Below are positions 1 to 11,078 of a stretch of DNA of 64,000 nucleotides, one piece after another. Location of the stretch: contig DJWX01000011.1 of assembly GCA_002448285.1 (NCBI GenBank), positions 185,907-249,906 of the forward strand, in the 5' to 3' direction. The notes beneath the pieces are model-generated. The model worked only from the letters and a program-made list of their open reading frames with translations, had not been told where the DNA came from and ran no database searches. The DNA is from Candidatus Ruminimicrobiellum ovillum (GTDB taxonomy: Bacteria > Elusimicrobiota > Endomicrobiia > Endomicrobiales > Endomicrobiaceae). Position numbers and translations under genes: made by a program. Each line of letters starts with the position of its first letter. Positions within the stretch are counted from its first letter, which is position 1.

Positions 1-201
1 GACAGGGTGATACAGTTTATACTGATATGAAGAAAAAATGTGTTTTATATTATTGAAAGATAAACTTTTAATATCCTGATTTTCCACAACCATAACGGGA
101 TCGTCAAGATTTATGAAACCCGTTGTAAGTATCGGATAGAAAGACAGCACGACAACATACGATAATAATATTAAAAATAATATTTGATATTTTCTTGTCA
201 T
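1..201 (-). CDS. N-terminal fragment (67 codons, runs off the window) of a membrane protein, possibly a TMTC/PMT-like glycosyltransferase-TPR family protein
   Basis: ATG at 201. Translation is MTRKYQILFLILLSYVVVLSFYPILTTGFINLDDPVMVVENQDIK...YKLYHPV, with a hydrophobic N-terminus and an NLDD...YHP pattern. Not in the ORF track because it is truncated. Confidence 0.3.
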   Translation of the reverse strand, partial: MTRKYQILFLILLSYVVVLSFYPILTTGFINLDDPVMVVENQDIKSLSFNNIKHIFSSYQYKLYHPV

Positions 202-242
202 AGCTTAATATTATATTTTACTACTTTTATGTCTGTTCTTGC

Positions 243-279
243 AAAAAAAAAGACACATTTTATACATATAAAATGTGTC
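243..279 (-). terminator. Rho-independent terminator after lpxI
   Basis: Perfect 11-bp inverted repeat gacacatttta/taaaatgtgtc (252-262 / 269-279), followed on the minus strand by a T9 run (243-251). Confidence 0.7.
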
Positions 280-303
280 AAATTAAAATAGTATAAAAAT
301 AAG

Positions 304-1122
304 CTACATTGCAATAATGGTAACACCTGCTTGTTTTGCTTTTGCCATAACTAAATCTTTATCCAATATTAGAGTAGAATCCGCCTCTATTATCATTGCT
401 CGGATTTTATTGCTTTCCAAAGTATCTACGGTTCTTGTTCCTATTACGGGAACATCAAATCTAAAATCCTGGTTCGGTTTTGCAACTTTTACAACTATTG
501 CGTTTTCTCCGCCCAAAGAATATGCTCTTTTTATGCACTCGTCTGTTCCTTCTATTGACTCTACAGCCAAAACCGATTTATCTTTAACGACTACCGTTTG
601 ACCGATATCAAGTCCGGCAATACTTTTTGCCATTTTAAAGCCAAACTGTGCATCTTTGTCTTCATCGGAATTTAATTTCTTACCGACAATAAGACCTTTC
701 GGCGCAAGTAAATGTTTCAAGTATATGTGTGAGGGCAAAAATTTTATTCCGTCTTTTTCAAATTCTCTGACTACGGCACCTAAAATCGTATCTGTTTTTT
801 TATTCACTAAAGATGTCATTATTTTAAGTGCTCTTAAATCCATTGTGATTGCAGAATAAATTTTTGCATGTTTAACTTGACCTACCATTATGGCAGTATC
901 AATATTTCTGTCTTTAAAAGTATCTATAATTTTTTGAATTTTGCCGACGGACAGCCACACCGTTTCATCACAAAAATTTTCAATGTCTTTATCGGCTTCT
1001 TCTTTTAGTGCAACGGTAACGACTTTGTCGCCCTGTTTTTTTATTTCTTGAGCAACAAGAAAAGGGAACCTTCCGTTACCTGCTATCATTCCTATGGTTT
1101 TCATAACTATTTTGGTCTGCAA
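304..1122 (-). CDS. lpxI: UDP-2,3-diacylglucosamine pyrophosphatase LpxI (DUF1009 family)
   Basis: IGMIAGNGRFPFLVAQE N-terminus. C-terminal DIGQTVVVKD..LAVESIEGTDECIKRA...VVKVAKPNQDFRFDVPVIG matches the LpxI signature. Sits next to lpxA. Confidence 0.75.
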   Translation of the reverse strand: MQTKIVMKTIGMIAGNGRFPFLVAQEIKKQGDKVVTVALKEEADKDIENFCDETVWLSVGKIQKIIDTFKDRNIDTAIMVGQVKHAKIYSAITMDLRALKIMTSLVNKKTDTILGAVVREFEKDGIKFLPSHIYLKHLLAPKGLIVGKKLNSDEDKDAQFGFKMAKSIAGLDIGQTVVVKDKSVLAVESIEGTDECIKRAYSLGGENAIVVKVAKPNQDFRFDVPVIGTRTVDTLESNKIRAMIIEADSTLILDKDLVMAKAKQAGVTIIAM

Positions 1123-1877
1123 ATTCCTCTTTGAGATTTTTTTATGAAAACAATTATATCTTTGACATAAACAGATGAAGATAATTCTTCTTCTATTTTT
1201 GCTACGGCATCATTTAATGTTAAGTGCGAAGCAAACAAAATTTTATAAGCATGTTTTATATTTTCTATCTCGGCAATAGGAACTCTTTTTCTTTTAAGTC
1301 CTACCAAATTCAAACCGAATAAATTCGCTCTGTCACCTTGTGCCTGCATATACGGAATTATATCCATACTTACCATAGAACCGCCGCCGGTAACAACATT
1401 TTTACCGATTTTAACAAACTGATGAACAGCGGTAAGTCCGCCCATAACAACTCCGTCACCGACTTCAACATGACCGGCAATTGCACAACAGTTTGCAATT
1501 ATACAATTATCTCCCAAAATACAATCATGAGCAACATGTGCACATGTCATAATAAGACAATTTTTTCCTACAACGGTTTGACCGCTTGCACTGGTACCTC
1601 TGTTAATTGTCGCAAATTCTCTAACCGTCGTGCCGTCTCCTATTATTGCAATTGTTTTTTCTCCGGCATACTTTAAATCTTGAGGCGGAGCACCTATTGA
1701 TGCATGAGAAAATATTTTACAATTTTGACCTATTCTTGCACATTCTATCGTTGCATGCGCTCCGATAAAGGTTCCATCTCCTATTGTAACATCTTCACCT
1801 ATTACAGCATAAGGTCCGATTTCTACATTTTGTCCGATTACTGCAGATTTATCTATTATTGCCGTACTATGTATCAT
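1107..1877 (-). CDS. lpxA: Acyl-ACP--UDP-N-acetylglucosamine O-acyltransferase
   Basis: MIHSTAIIDKSAVIGQNVEIGPYAVIG hexapeptide repeats, LpxA length, and lipid A gene context. Confidence 0.9.
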   Translation of the reverse strand: MIHSTAIIDKSAVIGQNVEIGPYAVIGEDVTIGDGTFIGAHATIECARIGQNCKIFSHASIGAPPQDLKYAGEKTIAIIGDGTTVREFATINRGTSASGQTVVGKNCLIMTCAHVAHDCILGDNCIIANCCAIAGHVEVGDGVVMGGLTAVHQFVKIGKNVVTGGGSMVSMDIIPYMQAQGDRANLFGLNLVGLKRKRVPIAEIENIKHAYKILFASHLTLNDAVAKIEEELSSSVYVKDIIVFIKKSQRGICRPK

Positions 1878-1878
1878 A

Positions 1879-3228
1879 TTATTTCTCCCTGTCTACTATA
1901 ATAAACATAAATTCGGCTTCTGCCGCCAACTTACCATCAACAAAAGCTTCTCCTCTTACTTTACCTTTTCTTCCGCTGTCTCTTATAACTTCAACCTTTA
2001 ATTCCAACATATCTCCGGGAATAACTGTTTTTCTGAATTTAACTTTATCTATTCCCATAAAATATGCCAAACAATTTCTTAATGCAGGTCTTGATAAAAA
2101 CATAACACAAGATGTCTGTGCCATAGCTTCAACAATCAAAACTCCCGGCATTATAGGCTGTCCCGGAAAATGTCCTTGAAAGAAAGGCTCATTTCCGCTT
2201 ACACATTTATATCCGACAGCTTTTTTATCTCCCGCTCCGATCAATTTAACTCTGTCTATCATAAGAATAGGATATCTGTGAGGAATAATTCTTTGAATTT
2301 CAGCACTGTTAAATACCGTTACTTTTTCATCGGAAACAACTTGTTCTTCTTGTTTTTTTGGAACATCCACTTTTGGTTCTCCTTTATCTATAACAGCTTT
2401 AGAAACAAATTCTTTTATAAAACTTACATTACTTTTATGTCCCGGTTTTTCGGCAACCAATCTTGCTTTTATCGGTTTACCCGCCAAAGAAATATCGCCG
2501 ATTAAGTCCAATATTTTATGTCTTACAAACTCGTTATCAAATCTTAACGGTTCTTTATTATATATACCATTAGGTCCTATAACTATTGCATTATCCAAAC
2601 TTCCGCCTTTTGCAAGACCGTTTGATTGTAATGCTTCAATTTCATAATCAAAACAAAAAGTTCTTGCGGGAGCAATATCGTTAACATAAGATTCCTTTGT
2701 TATTTCAAATTTTGCCTGTTGATGAGATAAAAAAGGATGATCGTATCCTATAGTACAATCTATTTCCAATTTATCACTCGGATAAGCAACGATTTTCGTG
2801 TTCCCGGATGTAAAAGTAACAGGTTCTTTTATTGTATAAAAGTCTTTATCAGCATCTAATTCTTTTATGCCGGACTCAAAAATTTTCTGCGCTATTATTT
2901 TTGCACTGCCGTCCATAATTGGCGGTTCATTATTATTTATCTCTATTATTAAATTATCTATCTCCAATGCAAAACAAGCAGATAATATATGTTCTATCGT
3001 ATGAATTTGAACATCTCCGGATTGAATAGTCGTTCCTCTTATCGCCGCCTCCGCAGATAAACTGTTCCAATCCGCTTTTATGTCGGGCTTGTTAGGTAAA
3101 TCGACTCTAATAAAATGTATGCCCGTATTTTTTTCGGCAGGTTTGAATACCATCTTACTTTTATTACCTGTATGTAAACCTATACCTTCAATACTGAACT
3201 CTTTTTCAATTGTTGTCTGTTTTGCCAT
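1879..3228 (-). CDS. lpxC/fabZ: Bifunctional UDP-3-O-acyl-GlcNAc deacetylase / 3-hydroxyacyl-ACP dehydratase (LpxC-FabZ fusion)
   Basis: The N-terminal ~280 aa are LpxC-like ([24 protein letters not shown]). The C-terminal ~150 aa are FabZ-like ([36 protein letters not shown]). Confidence 0.9.
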   Translation of the reverse strand: MAKQTTIEKEFSIEGIGLHTGNKSKMVFKPAEKNTGIHFIRVDLPNKPDIKADWNSLSAEAAIRGTTIQSGDVQIHTIEHILSACFALEIDNLIIEINNNEPPIMDGSAKIIAQKIFESGIKELDADKDFYTIKEPVTFTSGNTKIVAYPSDKLEIDCTIGYDHPFLSHQQAKFEITKESYVNDIAPARTFCFDYEIEALQSNGLAKGGSLDNAIVIGPNGIYNKEPLRFDNEFVRHKILDLIGDISLAGKPIKARLVAEKPGHKSNVSFIKEFVSKAVIDKGEPKVDVPKKQEEQVVSDEKVTVFNSAEIQRIIPHRYPILMIDRVKLIGAGDKKAVGYKCVSGNEPFFQGHFPGQPIMPGVLIVEAMAQTSCVMFLSRPALRNCLAYFMGIDKVKFRKTVIPGDMLELKVEVIRDSGRKGKVRGEAFVDGKLAAEAEFMFIIVDREK

Positions 3229-3230
3229 AA

Positions 3231-4253
3231 TTATTCCTCTATATTTAACTTTTTTATTACTTTCTTAACTTGTGAAAACAACTCCGGTAATTTTTTTATT
3301 AAAACCTGAGATTCCAAATGTTTTCTGTATGGTTGTAACGGATGACCGGAAACAATCTGATTATCTTTTACATTACCGCTTATACCGCTTTTTGCTCCGA
3401 CCATTACATTATTACCTACAGTTATATGACCGACAATTCCCACTTGCCCGCCAAGTGTTACTTTGTTGCCTATTTTTGTCGAACCGGCAATACCTACTTG
3501 AGAAACGATTATAGTACTTTCACCAACCTGAACATTATGTGCTATCATAACCAAATTATCTATTTTTGTGTTATTTCCTATTGATGTTTTCCCTATTGCG
3601 GCTCTATCGATTGTAGTGTTAGCACCTATTTCAACATTATTTCCGATTTCAACATGTCCGATTTGCGGAATTTTTTCCCCTGTTGCGGCAAAGCCAAAAC
3701 CGTCTCCGCCGATAACAACTCCGGGATGAATTATGCAATTATCACCGATTATTGTTCTTTCTCTTATCGTAACATTCGGATAAATCAAACAATTCTTACC
3801 TATAACGACATCGCTTCCTATAAAAGTATTAGCTAATATTTTTGTATTATCTCCTACTATCGTATTATCTTCAATAACAACATTGTGTCCTATTGTAATA
3901 TTTTTACCTAAAATAACCGTTTGTTCTATTGTTGCTTTCGGGCTTACGCCGGGTTTTATTTTATCCAATCTTTGTTTATCTATCAAAACTAACATCTTCG
4001 CAAAAGCAAGTTGCGGATCTTTCACTACTATAAGATTTTTACCCTTATATTCTTCAACGTTTATATCTTCTCCTACGAATATTGCACTGGCCTTTGTATC
4101 TTTTAAATAGTGTGTATATTTTTTGTTTCCTAAAAAAGATATATGCCCTACCATAGCATCTTGAATAGCACCGACACCTACAATGACACAATCTTCCTGC
4201 CCTATAATTTTTCCGTTAACAATACCGGCAATTTCTTTTAAAGTTAATTTCAT
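3231..4253 (-). CDS. lpxD: UDP-3-O-acylglucosamine N-acyltransferase
   Basis: [13 protein letters not shown]-terminus, a long run of left-handed beta-helix hexapeptide repeats, and a C-terminal helical tail. Confidence 0.9.
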   Translation of the reverse strand: MKLTLKEIAGIVNGKIIGQEDCVIVGVGAIQDAMVGHISFLGNKKYTHYLKDTKASAIFVGEDINVEEYKGKNLIVVKDPQLAFAKMLVLIDKQRLDKIKPGVSPKATIEQTVILGKNITIGHNVVIEDNTIVGDNTKILANTFIGSDVVIGKNCLIYPNVTIRERTIIGDNCIIHPGVVIGGDGFGFAATGEKIPQIGHVEIGNNVEIGANTTIDRAAIGKTSIGNNTKIDNLVMIAHNVQVGESTIIVSQVGIAGSTKIGNKVTLGGQVGIVGHITVGNNVMVGAKSGISGNVKDNQIVSGHPLQPYRKHLESQVLIKKLPELFSQVKKVIKKLNIEE

Positions 4254-4267
4254 TTTTACCTCTTATA

Positions 4268-7200
4268 TTAGAAAACATTTCCTATTGTAAAGTAGAATTG
4301 CTGTAAATCCTCGCCTCTCTTATGATTTAATCCGTATCCCCAATCAAGTCTTAACGGGAATACCGGTGTCGCAAATCTTATACCGAAACCGAAACCTGAT
4401 TTCAAATAATAAGAATTTGTTTCATCATTATCTGTTCCGAAGGCAAATTTGATATGATTTATATCCTTCCATGTTCCGCCGATATCATAGAAGAAAGCTC
4501 CTTGTAATATAGTTCTTTTATTTTCTTGAACTATAGGGAATTTATATTCAACATTTGCCACAGCCATTACTTTACCGCCGTTATAAGGTCCGACTTCAGT
4601 TCTGTATTTATAACCTCTTATCGTATCGGCTCCGCCGACATAATATTTTTCATACAAAGGAACATCGGAAGAAGAGCCGTAACTTTCTATCCAACCGGTA
4701 TTAATATTAACCGAAAGCACAAATTTCCAGAATGTAGGGAAGAACCATGTTCCTCTTACCGAATTTCTAACATAATTAACATTTCCGCCCAAAGGTCCTC
4801 CAGCAACACTTATACCATAAGAATATCTTGCACCTTTTGATGCATCATAAATATAATCTCTCGTATCATAAACAATTTGAGCTCTCACACTGGATGTTCT
4901 GTCTTTTGCCAAATCGGGATCATTCATAATTTCTTCTTTAAGTTCATCATCATCTATATCGAAAATTCTTACATGTTCGTAAGTGTAACCGAATAACAAA
5001 GCTATCTTGTCGTCAACTCTCGGACTTATAGAAACGGAACCTCCAAGTCTTCCTTCTCTGTAAGCATCGCTTGTATTATGATAATCTCTCAATCTTTCTA
5101 TGTTATATAAAGACAACCCCAAACTCATGGCTTTTCCCAAAAACCAAGGTTCGGTCCAATCTATTTCGTAATTTTGTCTTCTTGCACCGAATTCCCATAA
5201 CAAATTCAATTTTTGTGCTCTGCCGAATAAATTCATATGTTGCAACTGAATAGAACCGACAAATTTATCAACGGAAGAATAACCCGCACCGGCAGTTATC
5301 ATACCCGGTTTACCTTCCGTTATCGAAAAAGCCAAATTCATAATATCAGGTTGACCGGTAGGAGCAATGTTAGGTTCTGCTCCGTCGATAAAACCTAAAT
5401 TATAAATTTTCTCCATACTTCTTCTTACTTTACCGGAAGAGAAAACATCTCCCGGCATAAGTAAAATTTCTCTTCTTATCGTATTATCTTTCGTATTTGT
5501 TAAGCCATCCACATAAATATCGCCAACATAAACTATATTATTTTCCTGTATATTAAAATCCACATTTACAACATTTTCTATTATTTTTTTTCTTTCAAAC
5601 TTAGCTATTTTATTTTCTATTTTAGTTTTTTTCTTTTGAAGTTTCTTTAATTTTTTATCGGCAAAATCATTCTTACCGGCTTCATTACCGTTTATATCTA
5701 TTACAAGATTATCCTCTATATCAAGATGCTCTCTTTTTTCTTTTATTTGTTCGTTGATTGCATCTAATTGTTCCTGTAACTTTTCCTCTTTTTTATTCTG
5801 CTTTTCCAATTTCTTTTCTTGTTTCTCAAGTTTTTTCTTTTCTTTTGCTATTAACTTTTCTTTTTCTTTTTCGGCTTTTACCAGTTGTTTTTCTAATTTA
5901 ACTTTTTTCTTTTCTAACTTTTTTTCCTGCTTTGCGGTAAGAACAAAATCAGCACCGCTTTCAGCTCTTTGATTAACTTCATCGATATCACTCTGTATCA
6001 ATTGCTCTTTATTTTTTTGTTTCAAAACTTTACTTTCTCTCTTTTCCAATTCTTTATGAGCTTTCAACAATTTCTTTTCCAATTTAGCTTTTTTCTTCTC
6101 TAATTTTTCTCTTTGTTTTGCCGTAAAATCACTATATTCTATATACTCCAAAGATTGATCAATATCGGCTATTTTATCCTTTATATCCTGTTCTTTGCTG
6201 TTTTGATTTAAAACCTCGCTTTCTCTGTTTCTCGTTTTATATTTAGTTCTCTCTAATTTTCTATTTAATTTTTTTAATTTTTTATCAACCGATTTTTGGT
6301 TTATTTTAGTATCCAATTGATAGTCTATACCGTCTATATCTTCCTGTATCAAAACTTCTTTTTCCGTTTTTTTGGAACTAAGTCCTTCCTGCATTAAATT
6401 ATCGTTACTTTTTGAAAAGTCGGGAGCAATGTAAGAGTGCAGATATCCTCTATTGGAATAATCATCGTAAACTTTATTTAATAGCTCTAATATTTTTTCC
6501 TGATTAAATATTTCGTTTTTCTTTATTGTGGAATGTTTAGACAAATCTTTGGAAGATATAACATAGTTACCTTCAAAATCTATATCTCCCATCTTATATC
6601 TTGCACCTTCATTAACTCTTAAAGTAATAAACATTTTCGTTCTTGCATCATCGTATGCTATTTCCGGTTCGTCTATCGAAAAATCCATAAAACCGCGATT
6701 TAAATAAAACTTCTTTATCGATGCCATATCATTTTTTAAAGTTTCTTCTTTAAATACTTTTTTCTTCTTGGTTTTTGCCAACTTCTTAATTTTTTTATTT
6801 TTAAAACTTCTTACACCTTCCACATACAAATCACCTACCAAAACTTTATTATTTTCGGTTATAAGAAAAGTTATTGTCATTGTATTTGTATCTTCGTCGG
6901 TAGTGGGATATACTTCCATTTGACAATCGGCATATCCTTTATCTTTATATAGTGTAAGTATTTTTCTTTTAGACTCTTCCAATTCAACGAAATTATAAAA
7001 ATCTTTTTCTTTTAAAGTAATTTCGCCTTTTAATTTTCCCACGGAAAATTGTTTATTTCCTTTAAAAACGATTTTCTTTATATACGGTTTTTCATCCAAT
7101 TTAAACTTAACTATTTTGTTCTCTTTATCAACGGACAAAGAAGCATCTTCGAAATAGCCCAAGCCTAAAATCGTTCTTAAATCATCCCTTGCGACAGATG

Positions 7201-7372
7201 CCGCATAAACTTTACCTTTTTTCAACTGAATCTCGGAACGAACCGTTTTCGGTTTTACATTTTGCAACCCGTCAAAAACAACATCTTTTATTCTGAAAAT
7301 AGTATCATCATCCGCAAATAAAGCGGGAACACTTATAAAAATGAACAATATTGCAAGAAAAAATTTTTTCAT
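4268..7372 (-). CDS. bamA: Outer membrane protein assembly factor BamA with a large coiled-coil insertion
   Basis: Signal peptide MKKFFLAILFIFISVPALFA, POTRA-like repeats, and a C-terminal Omp85 barrel ending ...LQQFYFTIGNVF. The protein is 1034 aa because of a K/E-rich insert at about aa 321-599. Confidence 0.85.
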   Translation of the reverse strand: MKKFFLAILFIFISVPALFADDDTIFRIKDVVFDGLQNVKPKTVRSEIQLKKGKVYAASVARDDLRTILGLGYFEDASLSVDKENKIVKFKLDEKPYIKKIVFKGNKQFSVGKLKGEITLKEKDFYNFVELEESKRKILTLYKDKGYADCQMEVYPTTDEDTNTMTITFLITENNKVLVGDLYVEGVRSFKNKKIKKLAKTKKKKVFKEETLKNDMASIKKFYLNRGFMDFSIDEPEIAYDDARTKMFITLRVNEGARYKMGDIDFEGNYVISSKDLSKHSTIKKNEIFNQEKILELLNKVYDDYSNRGYLHSYIAPDFSKSNDNLMQEGLSSKKTEKEVLIQEDIDGIDYQLDTKINQKSVDKKLKKLNRKLERTKYKTRNRESEVLNQNSKEQDIKDKIADIDQSLEYIEYSDFTAKQREKLEKKKAKLEKKLLKAHKELEKRESKVLKQKNKEQLIQSDIDEVNQRAESGADFVLTAKQEKKLEKKKVKLEKQLVKAEKEKEKLIAKEKKKLEKQEKKLEKQNKKEEKLQEQLDAINEQIKEKREHLDIEDNLVIDINGNEAGKNDFADKKLKKLQKKKTKIENKIAKFERKKIIENVVNVDFNIQENNIVYVGDIYVDGLTNTKDNTIRREILLMPGDVFSSGKVRRSMEKIYNLGFIDGAEPNIAPTGQPDIMNLAFSITEGKPGMITAGAGYSSVDKFVGSIQLQHMNLFGRAQKLNLLWEFGARRQNYEIDWTEPWFLGKAMSLGLSLYNIERLRDYHNTSDAYREGRLGGSVSISPRVDDKIALLFGYTYEHVRIFDIDDDELKEEIMNDPDLAKDRTSSVRAQIVYDTRDYIYDASKGARYSYGISVAGGPLGGNVNYVRNSVRGTWFFPTFWKFVLSVNINTGWIESYGSSSDVPLYEKYYVGGADTIRGYKYRTEVGPYNGGKVMAVANVEYKFPIVQENKRTILQGAFFYDIGGTWKDINHIKFAFGTDNDETNSYYLKSGFGFGIRFATPVFPLRLDWGYGLNHKRGEDLQQFYFTIGNVF

Positions 7373-7493
7373 AATAATAAACCCTTAAAAAACTAATAAA
7401 TATTCTATTAATTTTATTAAAAAACGACTAAATAATCAACAATTTTCATATTAAATATTAGACAATATATACAAAAAAAAAGTTTCGACAGCA

Positions 7494-7528
7494 AACAAAA
7501 AGGGAGATAGTTGTTTAAACTATCTCCC
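7494..7528 (-). terminator. Rho-independent terminator after rpoD
   Basis: Stem gggagatagtt/aactatctccc (7502-7512 / 7518-7528), followed on the minus strand by TTTTTGTTTG. Confidence 0.7.
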
Positions 7529-7548
7529 AAAATTATGAAATAAACAAA

Positions 7549-9291
7549 TTAACTTAAGTATTCTTTTAACGATTTACACTTGCTGGGATGTCTTAATTTT
7601 CTTATGGCTTTTGCTTCGATTTGTCTTACTCTTTCTCTTGTAACGCCAAACTTTTTACCTACTTCTTCAAGTGTGGAAGGATAACCTATTCCTATACCGT
7701 ATCTTAATCTTATAATTTCGGATTCTCTCGGAGTTAAAGTATTTAACACTTTTTCAAGCTCCAATTGTAATCTGTATTGATAAGTTTTAGTTACGGGATT
7801 CGGACTGTTTTGATCTTCTATAAAATCTTCCAACTTGGAATCTTCTTCCTCTCCTACCGGTGTAGCAAGAGAAACTGGCTCTTGCATCATCTTTAATATT
7901 TTTCTTACTCTGTCGGTAGACATTTTTAAGAATTTACTGTATTCTTCTATTAACGGCTCTCTGCCCTGTTCTTGTTGAAATTTTTTCTTTAATTTCGTTA
8001 ATTTAGAAATCAATTCTTTCATATGAACGGGAATTCTTATAGTTCTTGCCTGATCGGCAATTGCTCTGTTAATAGACTGTCTTATCCACCATGTGGCATA
8101 AGTCGAAAATTTAAATCCTCTTTTCCACTCAAATTTTTCAACAGCCTTTGATAATCCCAAATTCCCTTCTTGTATCAAATCGGACAATTCCAAATTACTT
8201 ATTCCGACATGTTTTTTTGCGATAGAAACAACCAATCTGAAATTAGCTTCTATTAATTTCATTTTATCTCTGTGAATTAACTCTTCCAAATCTCTTATTT
8301 TTCTGTCGGTTTCTATCAACTCTTTAGGAGTTATGGAAATACCTTCCTTAATATGAGTTTGTTTTGAAATTAAATTTTGAATATGTTCAATATTTTCCGC
8401 TATATTGACCGCAACCAACCCGCCGGACATTTTTTTGAAATTCGCAGCTGTTATTTTTCCCGAAACAAATTGTTTGTATAAATTTTGCAATTTAGAAACA
8501 GGCATCTTATATTTTCTTTCTATTCTTTCAAGTTCGGAATTTATTTCATTAAGTTTATTTGCCGTAGTTTTTATTTTATTTATAAGTCTTTTTATTTTAT
8601 CTTGGTTAAGATTTAAACCTACTATCAAGGAAATTATTTCGGCTCTTATTGCTTGCCTTTTAGCATCAAGTTTTGCTTTTTCTTTTTGAGACAAACCTTT
8701 TTGTTTTGCTTTTAAATCAACTTTTGCAATATTTTTTTCGAGTTGACCTATTCTTTGAACGGTCTGTTTAACTTTTATTCTCATATTTCTAAGCTGCGTG
8801 GTTGATTTTCGTCCTCTCGGCATGAGCTCTTTCGGAGTCATTTCTTCTTGTTCTATTAAAGTATCCCAACTTTTTATTTCTTTAATTATTAAAGGTGATT
8901 CCAAAACTATATGTGTAAGTTTTTTTTCGTTTTCTTTTACATTTTTGGCAAGTTCAACTTCAACATTTCTTTCAAGTAAAGGAACTTTTGCCATTTCCGT
9001 AAGATACATTCTTACGGGATTGATTTCTTCATCTTCGTTGCTTTTAACGACAATATCGGCAGTTTCAGGAGCATTTTTTTCTTTTTTCGATGATGTTTTT
9101 GACGAAACGGAAACAGTAGAACTTTTATCTGCTATTTTAATTCCCAATTCCGCAAGCCTTATATAAAAATTATCAAGTTTATCCGCACTTACATCTTTTT
9201 CCGATAATTTTTCATTTATCTGATCATAAGTAAGATATCCCTGTTTTTTACCGATTGATACCAAATCTTTAAACATTTCTTTCTTAGCCAT
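7549..9291 (-). CDS. rpoD: RNA polymerase primary sigma factor (sigma-70)
   Basis: Regions 2-4 are recognisable: [69 protein letters not shown]-like. Confidence 0.95.
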   Translation of the reverse strand: MAKKEMFKDLVSIGKKQGYLTYDQINEKLSEKDVSADKLDNFYIRLAELGIKIADKSSTVSVSSKTSSKKEKNAPETADIVVKSNEDEEINPVRMYLTEMAKVPLLERNVEVELAKNVKENEKKLTHIVLESPLIIKEIKSWDTLIEQEEMTPKELMPRGRKSTTQLRNMRIKVKQTVQRIGQLEKNIAKVDLKAKQKGLSQKEKAKLDAKRQAIRAEIISLIVGLNLNQDKIKRLINKIKTTANKLNEINSELERIERKYKMPVSKLQNLYKQFVSGKITAANFKKMSGGLVAVNIAENIEHIQNLISKQTHIKEGISITPKELIETDRKIRDLEELIHRDKMKLIEANFRLVVSIAKKHVGISNLELSDLIQEGNLGLSKAVEKFEWKRGFKFSTYATWWIRQSINRAIADQARTIRIPVHMKELISKLTKLKKKFQQEQGREPLIEEYSKFLKMSTDRVRKILKMMQEPVSLATPVGEEEDSKLEDFIEDQNSPNPVTKTYQYRLQLELEKVLNTLTPRESEIIRLRYGIGIGYPSTLEEVGKKFGVTRERVRQIEAKAIRKLRHPSKCKSLKEYLS

Positions 9292-11078
9292 TACTTTTTC
9301 CCCGAACCCTTAATTTGAGCTGTTAACCGAAGGTATCTGTTTATTTTATCCTTATCGGATGCAATTTTTCCTTCAGTCATTAACAACACTTCTTTTTCAA
9401 GAATTTTTCTTTCTTTTTCCAGCCTTTCCAATCCTATATCTCTACACAAAATATTAAATATTTCGTATAGTTCTACGGATTTTTCTTCATTACCGTCAAG
9501 GCTGTATCCGTCTTTCAACTGATCGTTTACAATTGCTATATTAGAAAACCACTGTTCTTGTTTTTTATCATTTATTTTAGACAAGATTTGTGCTATTGAA
9601 ATATTTTCGTTTTCTAAGAGCATATTGTATATGGTAACACAATTACCATCTCTAAAAAAATTTTTTTCCAATTTTTTTATATATTGTCTGTTATTAATAT
9701 CCAATAAAAATTTTAATAATTTTTCTTCTAAAGATGTTTTCGATTTATTTTTTGTTTTATCAACAAAATTTTCTTCATTAACACCTGTTTTAAAAACGGT
9801 CTTCCTCTTAAATTCCTGCCAAACAACATCTTCTTCAATATCTAATTTTTGTGCAATAAATTTTATATATTCTCTTTGCACAATTATATTTTTATTTTTG
9901 TCAACAAAATCCAACAACATTGAAACGGCTTTTGCTTTATCTTGCGCTGTTTTTATATTTATTTGCGACAAAATTCTTTCGGTGACAAATTCTATTGCAT
10001 TTTTTGAATTTTTATTTAACAAGTTATAAAAATCGTCCCTGCCGTTTTCCAATAAATATTCATCCGGATCAACTCCCTCCGGTAAACTTGACGTTTTAAC
10101 GGACATATTATTTTCCGCACAAATTTCCAAAGCTCGTTGTGTTGCCGTTCTTCCGGCATCATCCGGATCGAACAACAATGTAACTTCTTCCGCATATCTG
10201 TTTATCAATTTCGCCTGTTGAGACGTAAAAGCAGTTCCCAACGGAGCAACCGCTCCCGATACTCCGTATTGTTGAGAAAGAACAACATCCATATATCCTT
10301 CAACTACAATTATCGACTTGTTTTTTCTTAATTCGGGCAAAGTCTGATAAAGTCCGTACAAATTAGACGACTTTGAATACACAATTGTTTCAGGTGTATT
10401 CAAATATTTTGCTTTGCTGTCTGCCAATGTTCTGCCTCCGAAAGCAACAACCCTGCCTTGTATATCCAATATCGGAAATACAAGCCTTTCGGACATATAT
10501 TCAAAAATACTTCCAAAATCCGTTTTTGTAAAAAGCCCGGCTTTTGAAAGTATGTCATAAGCATAGCCTTTTTTTCGTGCGGATTCAAGTAGTTTTCCTT
10601 TCGGGGCATAACCTATCATAAACTTTTTAATTGTATCGTCGGTCATACCTCTTTGTTTAACGTATTCTCTTGCAAAAGAAGCGGCTTTTGTTTCCAAAAG
10701 GCACCTGTTATAAAATTTTGCCGTCATTTCCAAAAGTTCAAATATCTTTGTTTTTTCCGAAACGGAATACTTTTCATTAAAATTTTCTTTTATGGCTATT
10801 CCGTTTTTTTCGGCAAGTTTTTTTACACTCTCTATCCACGAAATATTTTCAATGAGCATTACAAACTTAAAAACATCGCCGGCCACGCCGCAACCGAAAC
10901 ATCTGAAAATTCCCTTTTCGGGGCTAATGATAAACGAAGGTGTCTTTTCCGTATGGAAAGGACAACAACATTTAAAATTTCTTCCGGCTTTTTTTAAATC
11001 CGGAACATAATCTCCGATTACGGATACAATGTCGGAAGCCGTTCTTATTTGTTCTATTACTTGATCCGGTATAGACAT
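9291..11078 (-). CDS. dnaG: DNA primase
   Basis: Zinc ribbon [28 protein letters not shown] and TOPRIM motif EGYMDV...DPDDAGR. Its stop overlaps the rpoD ATG (TAATG). Confidence 0.95.
   Translation of the reverse strand: MSIPDQVIEQIRTASDIVSVIGDYVPDLKKAGRNFKCCCPFHTEKTPSFIISPEKGIFRCFGCGVAGDVFKFVMLIENISWIESVKKLAEKNGIAIKENFNEKYSVSEKTKIFELLEMTAKFYNRCLLETKAASFAREYVKQRGMTDDTIKKFMIGYAPKGKLLESARKKGYAYDILSKAGLFTKTDFGSIFEYMSERLVFPILDIQGRVVAFGGRTLADSKAKYLNTPETIVYSKSSNLYGLYQTLPELRKNKSIIVVEGYMDVVLSQQYGVSGAVAPLGTAFTSQQAKLINRYAEEVTLLFDPDDAGRTATQRALEICAENNMSVKTSSLPEGVDPDEYLLENGRDDFYNLLNKNSKNAIEFVTERILSQINIKTAQDKAKAVSMLLDFVDKNKNIIVQREYIKFIAQKLDIEEDVVWQEFKRKTVFKTGVNEENFVDKTKNKSKTSLEEKLLKFLLDINNRQYIKKLEKNFFRDGNCVTIYNMLLENENISIAQILSKINDKKQEQWFSNIAIVNDQLKDGYSLDGNEEKSVELYEIFNILCRDIGLERLEKERKILEKEVLLMTEGKIASDKDKINRYLRLTAQIKGSGKK

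Noticed and set aside
5754-5972. Plus-strand ORFs lie opposite long minus-strand genes. Examples are 5754-5972, 8798-9166, 17087-17566, 20562-20975, 21620-22030, 24714-25058, 37707-38273 and 53487-53906.
   Set aside because: - They are antisense shadows of well-supported genes.
- Their translations are low-complexity, F/L/S/I-rich (reverse complements of K/E/N codons), and have no start context or motifs.
- The large number of such ORFs is expected in AT-rich DNA.
5576-6412. I considered whether the BamA insert is an inserted mobile element, a pseudogenising event or a gene fusion with a separate coiled-coil gene.
   Set aside because: - The reading frame is continuous across both junctions.
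- The POTRA strand sequences resume correctly after the insert.
- There are no inverted or direct repeats at the borders, and no internal start or RBS.
- An assembly artefact in this repetitive DNA cannot be ruled out without reads.
10400-10609. Same-strand, alternative-frame ORFs lie inside known genes (10400-10609 in dnaG, 19805-20014 in dnaK, 29103-29285 in the PilX-like gene, 43057-43242 in the membrane protein, 59454-59642 in GT8).
   Set aside because: They are fully nested in conserved coding frames, and have no RBS and no recognisable domains.
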